Below, in pieces: positions 1-16,196 of a stretch of 64,000 nucleotides of DNA (within the stretch, counting starts at the first letter, position 1; every line of letters begins with the position of its first letter). This DNA is from Eledone cirrhosa. Lineage: Eukaryota. Below the pieces are notes generated by a model. The model searched no databases, was not told where the DNA came from, and saw only the letters and a program-made list of their open reading frames with translations. Made by a program: the position numbers and the translations under genes. Where the stretch lies: positions 1 to 64,000 of the forward strand of contig CAXHJY010001202.1 in the NCBI GenBank assembly GCA_964016885.1. Direction: 5' to 3'.

Positions 1-2999
<2,999 letters not shown>

Positions 3000-3000
3000 G

Positions 3001-3083
3001 CCAGGGACTTAAACATGATATTGGTGAAATTGTTCACTAACTTAGACATATCTTTCCAAAGCAGCAAACGGGTAATACTGCTA
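3001..3083 (-). pseudogene. Possible Penelope-like RT fragment
   Basis: Minus translation TRLLLWKDMSKLVNNFTNIMFK resembles the TxLNQWKNTxxVIxWFxNIxxK stretch of PLE RTs (from memory). Flanked by (TA)n and (TG)n. Confidence 0.4.
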
Positions 3084-3111
3084 GTGTGTGGGGGGGGGGT
3101 AGGTGTGTGTG

Positions 3112-3148
<37 letters not shown>

Positions 3149-3820
3149 AGGTGTGTAGGTGTGTAGGTGTGTAGGTGTGTAGGTGTGTGTGTGGGTGTGT
3201 GTGCAGGATGCTGAATACTTCACTAACCGTTTTTTTTATGTGCAGTTTCGGAATATTCTTTACGCTTAAATTCATCCAAATTTATATGCAAATAATTGTG
3301 TGTATACGACGTTATATAGAAAGGTTTTATGCTTGAGCAGCTTTTTTTTGCGCGTATGCGAGTGATTAAGCATTATTCAGGTCTTGCTTCCCTATTTCGA
3401 TTGATTTTCCAACATAATTCCATTCCCACACTCCCTATTTTGATTCATATTGCTCTCCTTTACCGTCATCCTCCTTGTGGTTCTATTTTATCTTTTTTTC
3501 TCGTGCTTTTGCTTTTTCCCTTCCATGTCTTTCCAACCCTCGTTTCACTCATTTTGTTCACGACATATCCTTTATAGTTTTTCATCTATATAATTTTTCC
3601 ATCATGCTTTATAACATGAACCACTATTTCTTATTCTTTTTCTTTAAGTTCTGTCCGTTTTTTTTTCTCACATATCTCCTCTTTTATACAATAATTTATT
3701 CCTCAATAGAATTTTTATGATTCCATCTGCTTCACCCTCTTTCTCTCCCCTTATATCTGTATATCTTTCTGTCGAAGTCTCTAAATCCCTGCTCTTTTTC
3801 TCTTCGTTTATATATGTAGA

Positions 3821-3920
<100 letters not shown>

Positions 3921-4630
3921 CATGCATGTCTGTCTATCTATCTATTTGTCTGTCAATAGTTCTATCTTCTTCAAAAATCTTTAATCATCTACCTTTGTGG
4001 AAAATCTCATTTTCTCACTCCATTTAGCCTACCCTACAGCCTACTTCGCTCCAATGCTGTTCCGCTCGATCAGTGATCAAATATGGCCCATTAGCATTTA
4101 CATTCCATTCTAAAACGCTATTGCTTCCTTAGCTATCTGAAAATTTGAAACAAAGCCAGAAAAAAGGAAAGAAAGGAAAAAGAAGGAAATTAAATGAAAC
4201 GAAGCTAAATAAAAGAACAGACAGTGAGGAACAAATTAAATTAGTATTCTCGGCACAGAATCCTCAGCTGGAAGGGGAAATATTCACGTAGAAGGATTGA
4301 AGTACATGAAAGAAGAGGAAAAAGAAAAAAGAAAGAAAAAAGAAGAAGAAAATGAAAAAGAAGAAAAAGAAAAAAAAAAGAAAAAAAAGAAAAAGATAGA
4401 GTGCAAAGGATGATGGTGATAAACTGGTTTACATATTAAGATGCAGGACATGCGACATCTTGTTGACAGGTCTCAGAAGTATGAATTAAATAAATTTTGT
4501 TTTACGTTGGGAGACTAGAATGTGAACATTCCAAAAAAATATCGATAGCCCACAAATCGCAAAATGACACCACCATGATCGCAAAGTAATACAGACACCC
4601 GTAATGCAATTCTCAGCCCCGGTTAACATC

Positions 4631-4794
4631 CAGGGCCTGTGAGAGCGGGGTCGAGCCGGTACTTTGTTCCGGGGCCCAAGAGCCAAGGAGGCCCCATAGC
4701 AACCATGCAACATCCATTTTGAGAAAAATCTTTACTTGCTTCGGGCGCCAAAGGAGTTTTGTACTGCCTTGCAAAATTATTTTTGGAGGCCCTG
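4631..4794. mobile_element. hAT-type MITE
   Basis: Termini CAGGGCCT...AGGCCCTG. The 8-bp flanks TTAACATC / TCAGCATC match at 6/8, consistent with a decayed TSD. Confidence 0.65.
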
Positions 4795-4829
4795 TCAGCA
4801 TCACACAATGTGTGATAAGGGCGGAGTTT

Positions 4830-4995
4830 TGAATTACAGGTAGTCAATCCTACGGATTTCCGCAGTTTCTGTCTGATTTCATTTACAAGGCATGGATCGA
4901 CTCGAGACTAAGGTAAAGAATTAACTATGTGGGATCGAACTCGGGATTACGTGGTTGAGAAGCGAACTTCTTAACCATCCAGCAAAGCCTGCATA
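4830..4995 (-). mobile_element. tRNA-derived SINE, second family (related copies ~22935-23080 +, ~24510-24670 -)
   Basis: B-box complement GGGATCGAACTC plus GCGAACTTCTTAACCAT, shared among copies. Confidence 0.6.
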
Positions 4996-5997
4996 TATAC
5001 ATAGTATGAAATATAGTTATACTGATATATAGGTATACGTAAATATAGATTATCGTAGCGTGTAGTTTGCTCGTTAATTCGTAACCGTAAACATTTAACT
5101 ACTTACAGCATAGAATTAAAGTTACATTGTAGAATAACTAAATTTAGTAAGCGCCATAATGAATATCATCATCGTCTTATCTTCCATCTCTTTTCTACTT
5201 TTGTCTCTTCTGTTCTTCCATTCCTCTTATTCCATCTCTAACTTCTGTATCTTCTTTACTTTCTCTTCTTTACTACTCCAGCTACAATAACGGATGTGCC
5301 ACATTATACCGTTAATTACCGGATTTATGTGGCATTGTTCCATGATTATCTCTTCCAAAGATAGCTAATATTACCTCGAGTTGTTGTTGCTCACACGAAT
5401 ACTCACTGCAACACTTGTTGGAGTTTTACACCATCAACCTTCCGCAAACCTCAAGTAGCACTAAAACGTTGTTTTGTACAGGATTTCTCAGCCGTAGTCT
5501 CATGCTAGACGAAGGGTAGAAGATATCACTATCAGTAAATTAAATCAATCCCAGTACTTAGTAGTGGTAGCAGCAACAGTAGCAATAGTAGTAGTAGTGG
5601 TGGTAGTAGTAGTAGCAGCAGCAGCAGTAGTATGAGAAAGAAGAGGGGGTAGAAAATATGTTGCTCTTAATTCTTTTTCTAACATGGTACAACGCCACAA
5701 ATTTAATTGGAGATCAAATTAGTCGATTGAGCCGACTCTAGTACTTCACTATTATTTTATACTATCGACCCTGGAAGGAAAGATAAAAGGCAAATTCGAC
5801 CTAGACGAGATTTGAACCAAAAAACGTAGAGAGACGGATCTAACGATTTCGCCACAACATTATCTTATAATTTCTAATGTTTACAAACTAACCGCTGCTC
5901 TTACGTATGTTTTCTTGTTCTTAATTTCTGTAATAAAATCACGTCGTAACTTATTAGCAATTTTAACGTCGTGAGTGAATAATAATATTATTATTAT

Positions 5998-6157
5998 ATT
6001 ATTAATATTCAGTTCGTTTGCAAGCAAACAGCCTCATAACGCATGTCGAATATTTTCTATCTGCTACCACTGGAGCAAAAGGATGACGTCATTCATCTAG
6101 AAAACACACGTGGTGTTATGAGACTGATGGCTTGCAAACGAACCGAATATTAATAAT
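5998..6157. mobile_element. MITE with ~43-bp imperfect TIRs
   Basis: ATTATTAATATTCAGTTCGTTTGCAAGC...CAGCCTCATAAC versus GTTATGAGACTG...GCTTGCAAACGAACCGAATATTAATAAT. Confidence 0.75.
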
Positions 6158-6213
6158 TGTTTCTACTACTGGCACAAGGCCAGCAATTATCCAGTACATT
6201 ACTGGTATTCATA

Positions 6214-6256
6214 ATACTAGCAGAAAACCACCCGCCGGGTGGTTTTCTGCTAGTAT
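6214..6256. repeat. Perfect 21+1+21 palindrome built from a Helitron-like 3' end
   Basis: ATACTAGCAGAAAACCACCCG-C-CGGGTGGTTTTCTGCTAGTAT. Confidence 0.8.
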
Positions 6257-6687
6257 GTGTAGTATGTATAGTATGTGTAGTGTAATATGTGTTTTATGCT
6301 AGCATGTGTAGTGTGCATATTGATGTTATATGCATGTAGATATGATACGTCAAATAAAATCGTAATTGAGAACATGAACAGAAATTGAAGAGAGACTGTG
6401 TTACAGTGTCTTCTGTAATCGGTGAAGTAATCCATGATACATTTAAAAAAGACGATATTATATATAAACTGCATTACGGTGAAATTTTATGAAAACGAAA
6501 AAGGAGAAAATTAGCGATGTGATATAGCGTCCATTATATCACAACCGGAAGTATTGACATTGAAAATTTTAAAAGAAGTGAATCTTGAAATAACAATCAT
6601 TATATATAAAATTATTTATATTTAATCAAGAGTTACGAAATTTAGTACATAAATTATGTAATATTCATTCATTATTTATTCAAAGTA

Positions 6688-6891
6688 AGCGGTGTATTGG
6701 CAGTATCGGTAGAGCGTCAGCATAGAGTTACAGCCCTTTATGACCCGAGTTCAAATCCCGCCGAGGTTAATTTTGCCTTTCATCCTTACGGGGTCGATAA
6801 AATAAAGTACCAGTCACGCACTGGGGTCGATTTAATCGACTTTCCCTTCTCCCAAAATTGCTGGCCTTGTGCCTATATAAGAAACCATTAT
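6688..6891 (+). mobile_element. tRNA-derived SINE, main family, near full length
   Basis: A-box TGGCAGTATCGG, B-box GAGTTCAAATCC, core GCCTTTCATCCTTACGGGGTCGATAAAATAAAGTACCAG, tail GCTGGCCTTGTGCC...GAAAC. Confidence 0.9.
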
Positions 6892-7761
6892 TTATTGAAA
6901 GTAATCCAACTTATTTTACAAACGGGGTAAAAAAATATATTCAGGACGCAGTCCCGCACTCCTCCTTTTATTATAGTTATATGATTATTATATTATTATT
7001 ATTCACTCACGAATACATTTAGGTATCCGCCATGTTAGAGCAAAAACAAATTTTGTTTCTGTTTATTTATGATGCCCATACGAGAGTCAATTGTAACGAG
7101 CAGATTCTGGCCGCAAACGCGTAGAATCTCAAAGCCAGCCCCTAGTACAGACAGAGATCAGCTTTTACAGGCAGAAGGAAATATAGGAAAATACATTATT
7201 TCCTGTACATCCGATTTTATATGGCGTTGAACAACTGAGAATACAAAAGACCACCCCCTTAGAGTGGACGCCAGTGCATCACAAGGTTAACTAACACAAT
7301 CCGCTGCTACTGCTGGTCCTGTGTGGACTGGATAACACAAAATGAAATGTTTTGCTCAATGACACAATTCACTTCCCGGTCCGGGAATCAGACGTTACGA
7401 TCACACGATTAATACCCTAGCAACTAGACCACACACCTTCAATATATGTAAAAGGCTGTATAGAAATCCTAGTAAAATATTAGTATATATGTAGGTAGCT
7501 GGTGGTGTGTTTGGCAGCTTAATTAGTTATTTGTCCCGGCTCTCTGCGCCCTAACTTTAAATTCCGCCGCGGTTCGATTTATCTTTTATCATTTCGGAGT
7601 CAATAAAGGATGAACTAGTCCAGTGCACGTGCAGATCCCTTCTCTCCAGCTGTTACATCTTAATTATTTCCTGAGACCAAGAAAGAGATGTTCGAGAGAG
7701 AGAGAGAGAGAGAGTGTGTGTGTACGTGTGTATGCTTGCGAGAGTACCTGTGAAAGCATAT

Positions 7762-7982
7762 TAATGGTTTCTCATTTAGGCACAAGGCCAACAATTTGGG
7801 GGAAGGGGAAAGTCGATTAAATCGACCCCAGTGCGTTACTGGTACTTTATTTTAGCGACCCCCGTAAGGATGAAAGGCAAAGCTAACCTAGGCAGGATTT
7901 GAACTCAGAACGTAAAGGGCCATAACTCTATACTGCAAAGCATGGTGTTTGACGCTCTACCGATACTGCCAATATACCGCCC
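7762..7982 (-). mobile_element. Main-family SINE
   Basis: Reverse complement of the same head, core and tail. Confidence 0.88.
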
Positions 7983-8234
7983 TGTGAAAACATATTAATA
8001 CTACCAAATCATACACAATAGCGAGTGACGGCTGTAGATTATTTTTTTCTTTCACTGATGTTACCCAATCAAAATGTATATGTCATTCATGAATATACTT
8101 CGTTTATTGAGCGGAGCTTATTAAAGTTGCAACGAGGCAAGTGTTGGTGATGTTTGCATTATCTATCGGCCAGCAATAGCACTTGTATTTAATAGACGTG
8201 TCAGAGCCAAATATATAAGAAGAGAATATTAAAT

Positions 8235-8293
<59 letters not shown>

Positions 8294-8582
8294 TACATGA
8301 AAGTCGTAACTTTGTTGGCACTGTATTATTGACCTTGTTAAACTGCCCGCACGTACATATAAGCAGCATGATATTGATGTCGACATCTAATATTCTGTCT
8401 AGTTGCAATTAATTACATTACTAAAATTAACTAGCGAAAAGTCTAATTTATTTCTGTTATAGCCATTCAATAAATAAACAATTAGTAGTCTGTCAGGCGA
8501 TTAGTCTGTCTTGCTGTCTGTCTAACAGGTTATCTCTCTCACCACAGCACTCAATTTCTCTATCCCTATACATTTCTTTATT

Positions 8583-8658
<76 letters not shown>

Positions 8659-8727
8659 TTGGGGGGGGGGGGTATGTCTGTGTGCTTGCGTTTATGCATA
8701 TATGTATATACACACACACACATATAT

Positions 8728-8886
8728 AATTTTTTCTAGTTTTGGCACAAGGCCAGCAAATTACCCAGTACATTACTGGTACTTTATTTTATCGAGCCCC
8801 GTAAGGATGAAAGGCAAAGTGAACCTCGGTGGGATTTGAACTCAGACTGTAAAGGGACGTAACTGTGCTGGAAAGCATGGCGTCCA
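8728..8886 (-). mobile_element. Main-family SINE, 5'-truncated
   Basis: GGCACAAGGCCAGC...GGATGAAAGGCAAAG...GGATTTGAACTC. Confidence 0.85.
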
Positions 8887-9155
8887 TAATGATGAAATAT
8901 ATGGAGAATAGAAATGGCTGTGTAGTTGCTATTTAAGGTAACTTAAAATATAGTAGGAAAACGAAGAAAGCAAGAACAGGAGGGGGGGGGGGGTCCTCAT
9001 CAGATGTCTACTGGGGTTCTAGGATATTTCTACGCTTTAAAGACAAGATACCACTTCAGCCCAGGGCGTCAATAACTGGATAAGTTATTGGGAAAACGAA
9101 GGAAGGAGGGAAGGAAAGCAAAGGAGAAGAAAAGAGAAACAATAACAAAACAGCG

Positions 9156-9187
<32 letters not shown>

Positions 9188-10295
9188 TATATGCAAAATT
9201 TCTATTTCTGCCATCGCTTCATCGTTCACGAAGGCAGAAGCTGTAGCATAAAGCGGAGAAGTGACAATTTTCCGGCAGCAGCCTTACCTCCATTAATCAA
9301 AATTGTTAGAGAAACTGGTGAAATGGCGATCGCACGTCGCCAAATGGTCAATGAGAAGTAAAAGAACTACAGAAGACACAATGACTTCCACTCGATATCT
9401 AAATATGTATGTGTATGTGCGTGTGTGTGTGTATACGTATATTTGTATGTGTGTGTGCGTGTGTTTGTTAATTTGGAGCTAAACAACACTATCCACCCAA
9501 GTAAAAGCTAGAGCATCTACGTGGTTACTATATCTGCTACAAATAGCAACTATATATAATGCAGTTTACACCAATAATCTTACATTCGCTATTCGATAAT
9601 GTTATCGTCACAGCTGGAACACCTTTCAACATAGATCTGCATGATCAGGGCTTAGCTAAGGGTAATCAACTCTATCCACTTAAATACATAATTGCAGTTG
9701 TTTTCCCCCACTGTGTATGTGATGTGTATTTGTGCAGCTATGTATCTAACACATTTCTCGTCTCTTTGCTTCTATATTTTCTATGCTCCCTTTTATTTTC
9801 TATATTACTATCTCTCTATCAGCTTACAGGTTCATAAAGCATGACGTTAAATAATAAAATAGAATTAATTCCTCGAGTTTTATGCAAACCTATGCAGTGT
9901 GTACCCACCACCCCCAGCTATCACCCTGCCCCACCACCCTTAGCCAGCTTCTCGCCTTCCACTCTTCCTATACAAAAAAAATGGAAAACGAATTGCAAAG
10001 TAAATTGAAATTTCCTATCGTTGATATCAAAAATGCCTTTGCTAATAATCCATAGATGAAAAATATATTAATAATTCGAATAAATTTAAGAAAAGTGATG
10101 AAATTTTTACTGAAAAATCTCGATTTGGAATGAAAATTAAACATCCAACCTTAAATAAGTTATTACTTTATTATTATTTTTTTTTCATACTTTTAGAAGT
10201 ACGATGTATCATTAACATCACCATCATCGCCCTCATCAGCATTATTATGTTATTCACCATAATCATAACCATCGTCGTCATCACTATCGCCATAA

Positions 10296-10512
10296 TAGTT
10301 TCTAAATTAGGCACAAGACCAGTAATTATAGGAGAAGAGGAAAGCCGATTATATCGTCCCATCATTGAACTGGTATTCTATTTTATCAACTCTGGAATGA
10401 TGAAAAGCAAAGCTAACCTCGGCGAGATTTGAACACACATAGTAAAAAGTCGTAACTATATACGGCAAAGCATTTTGTCTAGCAATACTGCCAATCCACA
10501 GCACTCGCCACC
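10296..10512 (-). mobile_element. Main-family SINE, diverged
   Basis: Same tail, core and B-box, with more substitutions. Confidence 0.75.
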
Positions 10513-11002
10513 GCCATAGTAATAAAAGAACATTTATGCGGTCACTGGACCTGTTGAAAACAGCAGCCATATTTTGTCTAATCACAACCTCCAGTCTTAT
10601 TTTTTTTAATTAAACGATTTATTTGTAGAATGTAGTTCCTGATAAACAAAAAGAAGAGATGGTCACGACTGTATTGCCTTCTGATCACAGAACTACTCGT
10701 GATTCATACTATAATCATTGAACTTATTACTCCTGGTGGATTCGTAGGGGTTCCATCATACAGCGTGTCGTGGGCATTAGAAACCTGGCGATGCTCATCC
10801 ACCTTCAGGTTTTACCAGAACCGATTTCTTCCAGAGACAAAAAGAGAAGGAGAGAAGGAAGAATCAACCCCACTATTGGACTGGTGCTTTATCACTACCG
10901 AAAGGATGTTAAGAGTGCAGAGAGCCTGAATGAACACCGCTAAGCATTCTATCCAACGCCTCAACGATTTTGCCGCTTAACACCATAATAAAAAAATTTT
11001 TA

Positions 11003-11697
11003 GTAGGGACAAGACCAGCAATTTTGGAACAGAGGAATGTTGGTTAAATCGACCCCAGTACTAGATTGATATTTTATTTTATCGACCCTGGAAATATGAA
11101 AGGCAAATTTGACTGCGGAAGGATTTGAATTGAATAGAGAACGCAAAGAGCCGGAAGAAATATCACAAATCACTTCGCCCGACCGACATCTTAACTCTGC
11201 CAATCCACCACCCTTTAATATCATAATAATTGTTTCTACTTTTTGGCACAAGGCCAGCAATTACCAAGTGCATTACTGGTACTTTATTTTATCGACCCCG
11301 TAAGGATGAAAGGCAAAGTCAACCTCGGCGGATATCATAATAATTGTTTCTACTTTTGGCTCAAGGCCATCAATTACCCAGTACATTACTGGTACTTTAT
11401 TTTATCGACCCCGTAAGGATGAAAGGCAAAGTTAACCTCGGCGGGATTTGAACTCAGACCGTAAAGGGATGTAACTGTGCTGGAAAGCATGGCGTCCGAC
11501 CCTCTACCGATAATTGTTTCTACTTTAGGCACAAGGCCAGCAATTACCCAGTGCATTACTGATACTTTATTTTATCGACCCCGTAAGGATGAAAGGCAAA
11601 GTCAACCTCGGCGGGATTTGAACTCAGATCGTAAAGGGACGTAACTATGCTGCTAAGCATGGCGTCCGACCCTCTACCGATACTGCCAATCCACCCC
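11003..11697 (-). mobile_element. Tandem cluster of four main-family SINE copies (~11003-11215, 11226-11331, 11338-11510, 11511-11697)
   Basis: Repeated TAATTGTTTCTACTTT.GGCACAAGGCC...ATCGACCCCGTAAGGATGAAAGGCAAAG units, head-to-tail. Confidence 0.9.
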
Positions 11698-12419
11698 GAT
11701 AATGATTACTAATTTAAGTAAAAGACCATCAATTTAGAGGTGAACTGGCTGTCCATTAAATCTACCTGTGTACAGTAACGTAGAGTGCAGGAAATAAAGA
11801 AGAAAGAATATAAATAGAGTATAGATATGCTGTATCCGTGTTAGTGGAGGTAATTCAGCTCTGAGTTAAATAAGTATTTCATATTCCAATCAGTTGTATT
11901 GTCATGGTAATTAAATACAATTATCATTGTAGATTAGAAAAATTTAGGGCAATCCTCCCGATAATTTATTTCTTGCTAAGACAAGCAAATCATGATAAAA
12001 AATAAAATAATAACAATAAAGTTAATATTACGAGTTCAAATTCTAGTAAATGCTATTTTATAAATTAATAGGTTTATAGGATTTTCCTAGATATAAAAGA
12101 TTATCGAAGGTAAAAAATAATCATAAATGTCACGCCGATGATTGAAAAGATTACTTTGCGTGTGAATCTCTTCTGAGGTGTTTGATCTTTCTTACTGTAA
12201 ATGTAGGAAAAAAACTTGGGTTATTGGGCTTATCTATTAGGACTGTAAGCTACTATTAATCATTGTTTGTTTGAGTGGGCAGGTTTTGGTGTGCTTTTCT
12301 GGATCTACTTTTGTCAAAGCTGCATTGTTTGTAATTATAACGAACGCTCTCGTTCAATTACGCCGTGTGGGAGAAAACTCTCTAGTGTGTAGTACCCCAG
12401 GCGCAAGTTGCATTGTGGT

Positions 12420-12660
12420 CACAGCGGGCAAAATGAAGAAAGCATTATTCCGGAGTATAGCAAGAGAGGCACGTTGAAATAGCCATTTCAGCTCGCAAGG
12501 CTCACAGATGTGGGACTTACCGCCACAGAACGGAGAGATCGTGATATCATCTGGTTTTTGTCGTCCTCTCGGTCCAACCACACCGGTTCAATCTGCAAAG
12601 CGAAGCCAGCAGTCTTCAGGCATTGCTTGATTATATTTCAGATTGCTGCATCAATTTCAA
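12420..12660 (-). pseudogene. CRE-like non-LTR retrotransposon RLE-endonuclease / C-terminal fragment
   Basis: Minus translation across frameshifts: NIIKQCLKTAGFALQIEPVWLDREDD/KPDDITISPFCGGK...WLFQRASLAILRNNAFFIL. This matches the LEPxGLxRxDGKRPDGxT...FQRLSxAIQRGNA pattern of CRE-type elements. Confidence 0.75.
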
Positions 12661-14819
12661 GGCATAATTCCGAGGTAGCTTTGCTGTTTACGTTGACTTA
12701 CGAACTGACAACAGTATGAGAAAGTCATCTAACTGACAGTGTTTTTTAAGCTGCACCTAGTAATAAATAATTTATCGACTAGAATTTAGAATAATATATT
12801 ATTTTAAGTATCGAGCTTGTGTGTTTTAATATCCTTTCCTAATCTTACATTCTAGATATTACACATATATGTCGTCTAGTTAAAATTATATATCTTCATG
12901 ATCATTTCTAACATTACTAAATACAATATGGTATTGTGATATTACTAACACTACATACACCACTGTCATATTATTATGACTTATTACTCATCTATATGTT
13001 ATGCTCATATGCCATTAGGGGCATAAACTGATAGCTGCAGTGTTGTGTTAACGTTTATAAAGTTGTAGGTTTAATTCCCAAACCGGGCGATACGTTTTAT
13101 TCTTCAGCAAGGCACTTCGTTCCATGCTGTTCTAGTTCAATCGAGTAAACATTAATACCAATGGTAGCTGAGACTTAACGCTGCGATGAACTAGCTTCCT
13201 GTCTAAGGGAGGAGTCGTGTACTCTCAATCCCTTAATGTCCGGGCTTCGTCCAACATGTGCAAGTGTGGAAAAATAGACGAAACACGAGAATTCTTATAT
13301 TCGTTCTTATTTAGTACTACACGGCTAAACACGACTATCTAACTATCTTCGGTATTTAAAGAAAATAACTATGAATCTACGCTAAAACAAATAAGTACAT
13401 ATATTTTCACTTCACTGATCCCTTATCTCATAACAAACCTTAATGTAATTGTAGAAGAACCGACGTGACTAATTGCATGCATTTTAAACTTGGCGGTGCC
13501 CATGCCTCTTCAGGTTTGGCTACAGCCGATTTGACTGCTATTTGCTTAACCTTAAAGGATGGAAAGCAAAGTTGGCCACACTGTGATTTGAACTGAGAGT
13601 TCAGAAAGCCGCTGGAATGAATACCTCACAGCATTCTATCTGGCACCTACTTTTCTTCTAAGCCGAACGTCTGTTTGCAAGAGATTACTCTGAAGAGTTA
13701 TTCTCTATTTCTGTGGTTCACCCTTAACTCGTGAACAGAGTGATGATGAGCACAGTTTCGTCTGCTAAGCACAGAACTGAAACTCTGAACTGGTGATAGT
13801 GAATTTTAGATTTAAAATTAATGCATTTCATTAATCTCTGTTACGATATTACCTAACGCTAATATTTCAATCTTGTCATATGATAGCTTACTTTATAGGG
13901 CTAGTTTGTCTTACTTACTGAAGGACATATCATTATTTTCTACGTGTCAGAATCTGCTGCTATGCTAATAAACATAACACCGAAATAAATTACTATTTTC
14001 CAAGAAATCTATGTCACTGCACTAAATGTATTCCTGTAGTCAGCATATTATCAGAGCTGCTTAGGAAAATGTCGTTAAGAATTCAAGGTTTGCTAAATTT
14101 CTAATTGATTTACGACTGACATCTAAAGTGGTTGTATTTCTCTGTAGTTGTGATTAGTATTAGAATTTATTTCATTATCTTTGAAATCATCCACAGAATA
14201 CGCAATAATTTGGTAAATTTTCATTTCTCTTAATCTCTAACTCAAGGCTTCTGTTTCTGTTTTAAATTTGAGTTATTAAAGATTTTTTATTAAACGTGTG
14301 CAAAAGCAAAAACAATTTTCAATTGGAATTTTTTTGCCATGAAGTGTTTACACATATAAATAACCGCCGGCATGGTCGTATGCTTAGGTAATTCGTTTTG
14401 CAACAACTCATTGGCAAGTATCTCCAATAGCTTTGGGTTGTGAATTAAATTTGCCTATTTACATTTGCACCCGTGAAAACTAATATTGTTTTGTTTTCTA
14501 ACTTAACAGTTCGACAGAGATCGATAAAATATGTATCAGTCTGAAATAAATACTGAGGTTGATTTAATTGACTAAAAGTCATTGTAGGTCGTCAACCAGA
14601 AGAGTCGTAAATTTATAACTTAAACCCATAAAAGCATAAATAAATTATGTTTCCTGGACCCAGGAATCAATTGAGAATCAAATATTTAGCTCCAGTTCAA
14701 TCATGTAAAGGAAATAAGAGACAGGTCTAACGCAGGGTAGGAAATGGTACATCGCAGGTGATATTCTTAGATGATCTGGTATACCATCAGGATATAAGAC
14801 TTAGTCTTAACTATATCTA

Positions 14820-15158
14820 ACGCTGCAGTGACTTCATCAAGAAAGGTCTGGATTCCTTGTTTGGTCCACAAACTTGCACCACCCACAGAGACCTATCTGT
14901 CAGCCTAAGCTTCAAAGAGGCAAATACTCCCTCCTAATGGGATCCAGCCCATAACACATTCTTACAGTTGGGGGCTTGTGAGTATCTCCACTCCCACCTG
15001 TGCAGTAATTTCTGACGCCACACCTGAATAGTGGAGTTGCCATCTTCCATCCAAATCTTCAGTATCAGAGCCACAGAACTTTGTTGAGGAAACTCCGACT
15101 ATATCTAGCCGGTAATATCTCAATTACTTCCTGCTCCTTTACCCGTAAAGGTTGTGAC
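14820..15158 (-). pseudogene. RTE-clade LINE APE endonuclease, N-terminal part (inverted segment)
   Basis: Minus: VTTFTGK...YRLDIVGVSSTK.CGSDT.DLDG.WQLHYSGV...AQVGVEILTSP...WIPLGG...LKLRLTDRSL.VVQV.GPN...FLDEVTAA. Confidence 0.85.
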
Positions 15159-15870
15159 TCGTTCTCTAGCAGAACAGCTCTGCCGAGACTTCAATGCACA
15201 TGTTGGCACGGATCACCTGACATGAAAATGAGTGATTGAAAGAGACGGCGACCCCGATCTAAATACGGGAGGTCTTATTAGACTTCTGTTCTAGCAATGG
15301 GCTCTCTATTATAAACACCTTCTTCCAGCACAGAGACATCCATAACTATACATGGTAAAAGGTGAATCCTTTGAATGGACAGAGAGCAATAATCAATTTT
15401 GTTATTATCTCTCATCTCTTCGATTCGTGTTAGAAGAGGGGATGAGCTGTCAACTGATCACCATCTAGTTATCTGCAGCTTGAGACTATCTAAAACCAAA
15501 GAGGCCCACAAAACTGGCAAGTCCACGGCGACCAACAGGATAAAGTGGAAAGCGTTGGTGGATGAGGAATTCAGGGCCAGGTGTGCAGATACTATTGTAT
15601 CCAAATTCAGAGAACATCCTGAGCAAACTGATGACGTTGAGACAGAGTGGAGATTGTTCAGCTCAGCAATTTCTTCTTCAGCTGTTAAATGCTGTGGGCG
15701 AAAGGTTTGGCGCCAGGAGGACCCCTTGGTTCAATCAAGAAATCAACGATGCCATCCGAGCAAAGAAGGAGGCCTACAAATCTTGGCCAGGAAATAAGTC
15801 CTCCTTCTTGCAGTTACGGTACATGTAGGCACGAAGAATCACAGAAGAGGCAATAAAGGCTTCCTAATGG
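15159..15870 (+). pseudogene. RTE-clade LINE APE endonuclease C-terminal part and linker
   Basis: DFNAHVGTD, LDFCSSNGLSIINTFFQHRDIH.YTW, STDHHLV, RRTPWFNQEI..AI.AKKEAYK.W. Confidence 0.88.
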
Positions 15871-16115
15871 AGCGGCTCCCCGATCTTCGAGATACACACC
15901 CTATCTAGTAATGTTACTCCAGAGACATTTTAGTGATGTATTATAGCTGTGACTCCTGTAATTTGAACTCTGAGTGCAAAGATCCGGAACAAATCCCACT
16001 AAGTATTTCGTCCAACGCTCTAAGGATTCTGTCAATTCATTATCATAGTCTGAATTCGTGTACAGATATTTTTGCATACACAATAACAAAATATAAACAA
16101 ACGTATTTATTTCAC

Positions 16116-16196
16116 GAGGCTCGATAAGGATAAATATATATCAAATATATAAGAACCCTAGAGCAAATCCCGAGCAACGCCGGGCCATTCTGCTAG
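16116..16196 (+). mobile_element. Non-autonomous Helitron 3' end
   Basis: CCCGAGCAACGCCGGG hairpin, 8 nt, then CTAG (16193-16196) followed by T. The upstream 50 nt recur inverted at 43827-43878. Confidence 0.8.

Noticed and set aside
6688-6765. tRNA-like A/B boxes
   Set aside because: No cloverleaf; this is the head of a multi-copy SINE, not a tRNA gene.
9280-9370. Minus-strand ATGGAG|GTAAG donor in unique sequence
   Set aside because: Expected by chance; no supporting gene structure.
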